DNA of 64,000 nucleotides from an uncultured Pseudobdellovibrionaceae bacterium (lineage in GTDB: Bacteria > Bdellovibrionota > Bdellovibrionia > Bdellovibrionales > UBA1609). The DNA is taken from positions 512,001-576,000 of the forward strand of contig CAWDNU010000004.1 of assembly GCA_963803705.1 (NCBI GenBank), written 5' to 3'. Both the position numbers and the translations under genes were made by a program. This document shows positions 59,647-64,000 of this stretch, piece after piece. Numbering within the stretch: position 1 is the first letter of the stretch; every line of letters starts with the position of its first letter. A model generated the notes under the pieces. That model worked only from the letters and a program-made list of their open reading frames with translations. It was not told the DNA's origin and did no database searches.

Positions 59647-60723
59647 ATGAACGAAGAAAGCATACCCTCAGAATTAAAAAGTAGAAGTGACGAAGAAATA
59701 GGTAAGCTTTTAAAACCTAGCAAACCCGACGCTGTACCTGTAGTCTTTGCTTCAGATGACAAGTTTTCCAAATATACATCAGTAGCAATAGAGTCCATCA
59801 TTCAAAATAGCAGTGCTAAAAACTATTATGATATATTTATATTGACAGAGGACATCAGCGAAGAGAATCAACGTAAGATTAATTCCCAGATAGCCCAAAA
59901 ACCTAACTTTTCTATTAAATTTTTTAACATGAAAGAAATATTAGAAAAATACAGTTTTTCAGCATCCATAGTTCTTTCCCATATAAAAAAGCCAGCTTAT
60001 TATAGGCTTTTCATGGCTTCTGTATTCAAGAACTTTAAGAAAGTCATTTATTTAGATGGCGACCTAATTCTAAATACTGATATACAAGAATTGTATAATA
60101 TAGATTTAGAAGAATTCCCAGTTGCCGCTGTAAAGGATTTTTTTATATCAAGCAAACAAGACTCAAAAACTCAAAAAAACTTTCAAGCATACGCCAAAGA
60201 AACCTTAAAAATAGATGATGTAGCAAACTATTTTAACTCTGGAGTTCTGCTTGTGAACATTCAGAAGCTACTAGAAATGAATATTGAAAAGGAGCTCATA
60301 CGGGTAGCTGGAATTAACAACAAATTTTTTCATGACCAAAATGTTTTAAACTCAGTTTTTTATAAAAATGTTAAAATAATAAATAAATTTTGGAATTATC
60401 AAAAATTCGAAAGCAGACTTTCAGATGAAGAAAATGTTAAGATCTTTCACTATTGCAACAAGTATAAACCCTGGAACTCAAAAAAAGTAAAGTTTAGCGA
60501 TCATTTTTGGACTTGCTCAAAGAATAGTCCATTCTTTGATGAGATCAAAGATATATTTGAATTTAAAACTAAAAAATTTAATTTTAATGATACAAGATTA
60601 AATTACATAATTAAAGTTAATTCTTTAAAAATTAGCGCATGTCTTGCTGTAAATAAAAAAACAAAAGAAAAGTTTAGAAAACGTCTTGAATCACTAACTA
60701 TAGATAATGGTGATTACAAATAA
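59647..60723 (+). CDS. Glycosyltransferase family 8
   Basis: YYRLF, KVIYLDGDL, YFNSGVLL, DQNVLN and HYC..KPW. Confidence 0.9.
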   Translation: MNEESIPSELKSRSDEEIGKLLKPSKPDAVPVVFASDDKFSKYTSVAIESIIQNSSAKNYYDIFILTEDISEENQRKINSQIAQKPNFSIKFFNMKEILEKYSFSASIVLSHIKKPAYYRLFMASVFKNFKKVIYLDGDLILNTDIQELYNIDLEEFPVAAVKDFFISSKQDSKTQKNFQAYAKETLKIDDVANYFNSGVLLVNIQKLLEMNIEKELIRVAGINNKFFHDQNVLNSVFYKNVKIINKFWNYQKFESRLSDEENVKIFHYCNKYKPWNSKKVKFSDHFWTCSKNSPFFDEIKDIFEFKTKKFNFNDTRLNYIIKVNSLKISACLAVNKKTKEKFRKRLESLTIDNGDYK

Positions 60724-60880
60724 ATAATGTCAGCAGAGAATGTTGGAAACATCGTATATGGGTGAATCTCGCCACTTCCTAATTTAAATATTTTAAGTTG
60801 ATTATATTCTTTTAACTAAAAATTGTGTTTGAAGCTTCGTACTCCCCTACTGCCGGAGTAAACTTTCTGCTAGCGTTACC

Positions 60881-62190
60881 TGCAGTAGTCACTAAAAGCG
60901 TTGACAGTTGCTCTCTCAGTTAGCAATTTTTAATTCATTTTATCAGTAGTCGTCACCCCCGTATTTTCTTTTTGTAAATTTGAAAGAGGTGTCGAAGACG
61001 AAGAGGCGTCAGCCTCTTTTTCTTTTCCTGGAAGCGGTTCTCCGTCCATCACATAGCGCTCATAGAGTGCGTAGCCCTGCTCCAAGGTTTCATAGGGCGT
61101 TTTGCCCTCGCAGTGCTTTCCTTGGTTTGTACGGTCCTTATTGTAGTAGTTCATAAACACATCCAGATCTTCTTGGAGTGTTTCAAGTGATGAGTACAAC
61201 TTTTTTCTAAATGCAATTTTATAAAACTCTTCATAAATTGTTTGATTTAGTTTCTCCACGCAACCATTAGTTTGTGGGCATCTGACTTTCGTTCTTGAGT
61301 GCTCAATATCGTTCAAATGTAAAAACAATGTGTACTTGTGCTGATCCTGTGGACCACAGTATTCACGGCCATTATCAGTCAGCACTCGAAGCACTTTCAT
61401 ATACTCATCATCAAAAAATGGAAGCACCTTATCATTTAGAGCATCAGCAGCAGACAGAGACGTCTTGTCTAAATACAATTTAGCAAATCCAACATTTGAA
61501 AACGTATCAATCATCGTTTGCTGATAAATCTTTCCAACGCCTTTAATGTAGCCTACATAAAAAGTGTCTTGTCCAAGCAGGTAACCAGGGTGGAAGGTTT
61601 CAACTTCGCCGTGGGCTTGTTTTTCTTCTTTAGCATCTTCTAAGGCTTGCACCTGACTCTCTGTTAAAACAATTCCTGCCTTTGCAGAGTGTTCTTCTAG
61701 GCGTTTCAACCTCAAGTGCTTTTTCTCAAGCTTGTGTCTTAACCAAATACTTCTGATGCCACCAGAACTGACGTTCACACCTTTTCTTTTAAGTTCATTT
61801 GCTGCTCGTGTTTGACCATGAGTCGGCCACTCTAAAGAGTAATCTAGAACTGCTTTTTCATAAATTTCTGACACTCGGTTTGCAACTCGTGCTCTCGACC
61901 TAGACTTTTCAATTAATCCATCCACACCATTCTCCATCACTGCGTCTTTGATATCGTAGTAATGTTGGCGGCTTACGCCAAGTCTTCTACATGCCTGAGA
62001 GATGTTTCCTAACTTTTCTCCAAGATCTAGTATATTTAGTTTTCTGTTTATTATATATTGTTGTTGAGTCATGGGACTCTTCTCCTTTGTTAAAATTTTT
62101 GTTTCACAACTTAATTCTAACTGAGAGAGTCCCTGTCTTTTTAGTCCTACCCAGACCTTAGTGATGTAAACGCACTATGATCCTCTGGCA
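60881..62190 (-). mobile_element. IS481-family insertion sequence (1310 bp) with 7-bp target duplication CGTTACC
   Basis: CGTTACC at 60874-60880 and 62191-62197; both ends read TGC..GCGTT(G/T)ACA inward. Excision restores the ATP-grasp C-terminus GEITNCSGNASRKFTPAVGEYEASNTIFS*. Confidence 0.9.
60930..62072 (-). CDS. IS481-family DDE transposase
   Basis: HTH LGNISQACRRLGVSR; catalytic QDTFYVG..KGVG, LTDNGREYCG and PQTNGCVEK; intact ORF. Confidence 0.93.
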   Translation of the reverse strand: MTQQQYIINRKLNILDLGEKLGNISQACRRLGVSRQHYYDIKDAVMENGVDGLIEKSRSRARVANRVSEIYEKAVLDYSLEWPTHGQTRAANELKRKGVNVSSGGIRSIWLRHKLEKKHLRLKRLEEHSAKAGIVLTESQVQALEDAKEEKQAHGEVETFHPGYLLGQDTFYVGYIKGVGKIYQQTMIDTFSNVGFAKLYLDKTSLSAADALNDKVLPFFDDEYMKVLRVLTDNGREYCGPQDQHKYTLFLHLNDIEHSRTKVRCPQTNGCVEKLNQTIYEEFYKIAFRKKLYSSLETLQEDLDVFMNYYNKDRTNQGKHCEGKTPYETLEQGYALYERYVMDGEPLPGKEKEADASSSSTPLSNLQKENTGVTTTDKMN

Positions 62191-63041
62191 CGTTACCACT
62201 ACAGTTTGTTATTTCCCCTAGGAAACATTTGGCTCCGTCACTATATAAGTCTATTCTGATAAGATTAAAATCTATTGCTAATTTTTCAGCTAACATAAGC
62301 ATTTCTTCAAAATTAGCTGGTTTTTCTAAATCAAAGCCTGATTTTGGATAATGAATTGAATAGCTTTGCAATCTCCAATTCCAGTCATAAATCATTCTTT
62401 TATGATCAGTCTGCCTATCAAAGTCTACTTGGATAAGCTTAACTTTACCATTATAGCAAAAAAATTTGTAGTCATATAAATCAATATTATCAAAAACTAG
62501 TGGCTCTACATTTTTTGGTTAGGTTTCTGTAGTTCGCTTCACGAGTTTTAGTATAATAATTAACTGAAAACCATGATTTTATTTTTCCTGTATCAACTAA
62601 TTCATTGTTTTTACGAATTATGTAATGACCACTTGAGTGTGTAGGTTTTATACAACATCTTTCTGGAAATTCAAAGGTATCAACCTCATCTAAGCTTCTT
62701 AGAATACCAATTGTTGGAACGTTATATTCATCACCAACTTTAGCTTTGACGTATAGTTTAACAAATTCTTTATCAGAAACAAACACCCGAACAGGGTTTA
62801 AAATTTCATCTGTTGTCTTAATTTTGTATAAATAATCATTAAAAATTAGTTTATTGGTTGGCAGACGTTTATGTGACCTTATAAACTTCAAAAACCCAAT
62901 AAATTTATCTGCCCATCTGGTTTCAGGCAATATGTATCGAAGTCTGATTTTCTTAAAAATTTTTTTGATGTTTTTTTTTTTAAACCCGTAGAATCGATGT
63001 TACTCATTTTAACCTAATCTCCGTTAAAAACTCAACTACAA

Positions 63042-63860
63042 TCAAACCAACTTTTGAATTCCAAAATCTGTAAAGTATTTTTTTGTTTTTTTTGTCTCAT
63101 TCCAGATTCTCATATTCTTATCAACGGCCTCTTGACGAATATACCCGCGCGAATGATCAAGGTGAATGCAAATTGCACTATAGCGAATTTGTTTAGACTT
63201 AATTCCTAAGTTCCAAAGACGCTCACCCATTTCACGGTCTTCGGCGCCCCACTCCATACGCTCATCAAAGCCATTAACTTTAACAAGGTTTGCTTTCCAA
63301 CCAGAGGCCCCGTGACCATTCCATGAAGGCTTTGTGGTTGTGGTTCTATTCAGTAGATTTTCTAGCTTCCAATCTTTGGCAATGAATTTTAAATTTTTAT
63401 AAGTTGAAGGTAGTCCATTGGATTTAAGCCATTTGATATCAAAGCACTGTTGGCTTTTGATATGATCCTCACTGATCAGCTCACTAATATTCATGGGCAG
63501 CTTGTAATAGCCCCCAGAAAGGAAATAACCTGGTTCACGATATTTAAGATGAGTTTCAACAAAATCATTTTTAGGAATGCAGTCGCCGTCACTAAAAAGC
63601 AGATAATCTGAATTGGTCTCTAAGATCGCCTTATTCATAATGATGGTTTTCCGAAAGCCCTGATCTTCATGCCAAACATGAATGATGGGGTGCTTGAACT
63701 TTCCCTGAAAAGTATCGATCAGCTGCTTGGTTTCAACATTGGATCCATCATCCGCAATGACGATCTCAAAGTCATCCGTGGTCTGAGCTAAATAACCCCA
63801 GAGTACTTTTTTTAGCCATTCGGGTGAATTATAAGTAGAAAGAATGACAGACAGATTCAA
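63042..63860 (-). CDS. Glycosyltransferase family 2
   Basis: SVILSTYN, IADDGS, FSDGDCIP and NGFDE...WGAED. Confidence 0.92.
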   Translation of the reverse strand: MNLSVILSTYNSPEWLKKVLWGYLAQTTDDFEIVIADDGSNVETKQLIDTFQGKFKHPIIHVWHEDQGFRKTIIMNKAILETNSDYLLFSDGDCIPKNDFVETHLKYREPGYFLSGGYYKLPMNISELISEDHIKSQQCFDIKWLKSNGLPSTYKNLKFIAKDWKLENLLNRTTTTKPSWNGHGASGWKANLVKVNGFDERMEWGAEDREMGERLWNLGIKSKQIRYSAICIHLDHSRGYIRQEAVDKNMRIWNETKKTKKYFTDFGIQKLV

Positions 63861-64000
63861 TTTTATGCCCCCTGATCTAATTCTGTAAAACTATCTTACT
63901 TTCAAGGGTAAAACCAACTAAAAAAATTGAAGGTAGATACCGCTTCAGTTTTTAAATAAATAAAAGCTTAATATTTGACCAAATTTAAGGCGCATGAAAA

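Larger units (their letters stand above)
60812..63007 (-). pseudogene. TupA-like ATP-grasp protein (surface-glycan modification), disrupted
   Basis: SDKEFVKLYV, IKPTHSSG, EPLVF..LYDYKFFC and RIDLY..FLGEIT. Lesions: frameshift in the T11 tract 62971-62981, frameshift near 62510, and the IS at 60881-62190. The tail lies at 60812-60880. Confidence 0.85.

Noticed and set aside
1..64000. tRNA, rRNA, CRISPR arrays, prophage or integrase genes
   Set aside because: None recognised by eye; a tRNAscan/Infernal run would be needed to exclude small RNAs fully.

Overview
AT-rich bacterial chromosome segment, most likely from a Bdellovibrionota-like predatory lineage. This is inferred from a RomR polarity regulator, a bacterial DNA topoisomerase VI pair and the lptG-def-fmt-rpe-hutH order. 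Left to right: (1) TonB-dependent receptor with a DUF3450/TtpB-TtpC-type energiser; (2) hutI-hutU, a probable metal-handling operon headed by an RGPP-ending leader ORF, acs, and a frameshifted hutH; (3) housekeeping genes rpe, fmt, def, lptG, romR, nadC, birA; (4) a general-stress island (Hpt, OmpR-type regulator, Crp, hemerythrin, GlsB, DUF883, DUF2383, DUF1328, hybrid kinase, CsbD); (5) a signal-peptide HNH protein, top6A-top6B and a small HNH; (6) bolA-grxD, a phosphorelay operon, a D-2-hydroxyacid dehydrogenase, serA, lipid genes, korAB and an MBL hydrolase; (7) a secreted two-gene locus behind a sigma54-like promoter (1027-aa Gly-rich protein plus a zinc-ribbon membrane protein); (8) a decaying surface-glycan locus with an IS481-family element, flanked by a 7-bp target duplication, inserted in an ATP-grasp gene. 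Three long intergenic inverted repeats with unrelated sequences (64, 36 and 32 bp arms) are unexplained. No rRNA, tRNA or CRISPR array was seen. Family assignments come from motif recognition only; no database searches were run.
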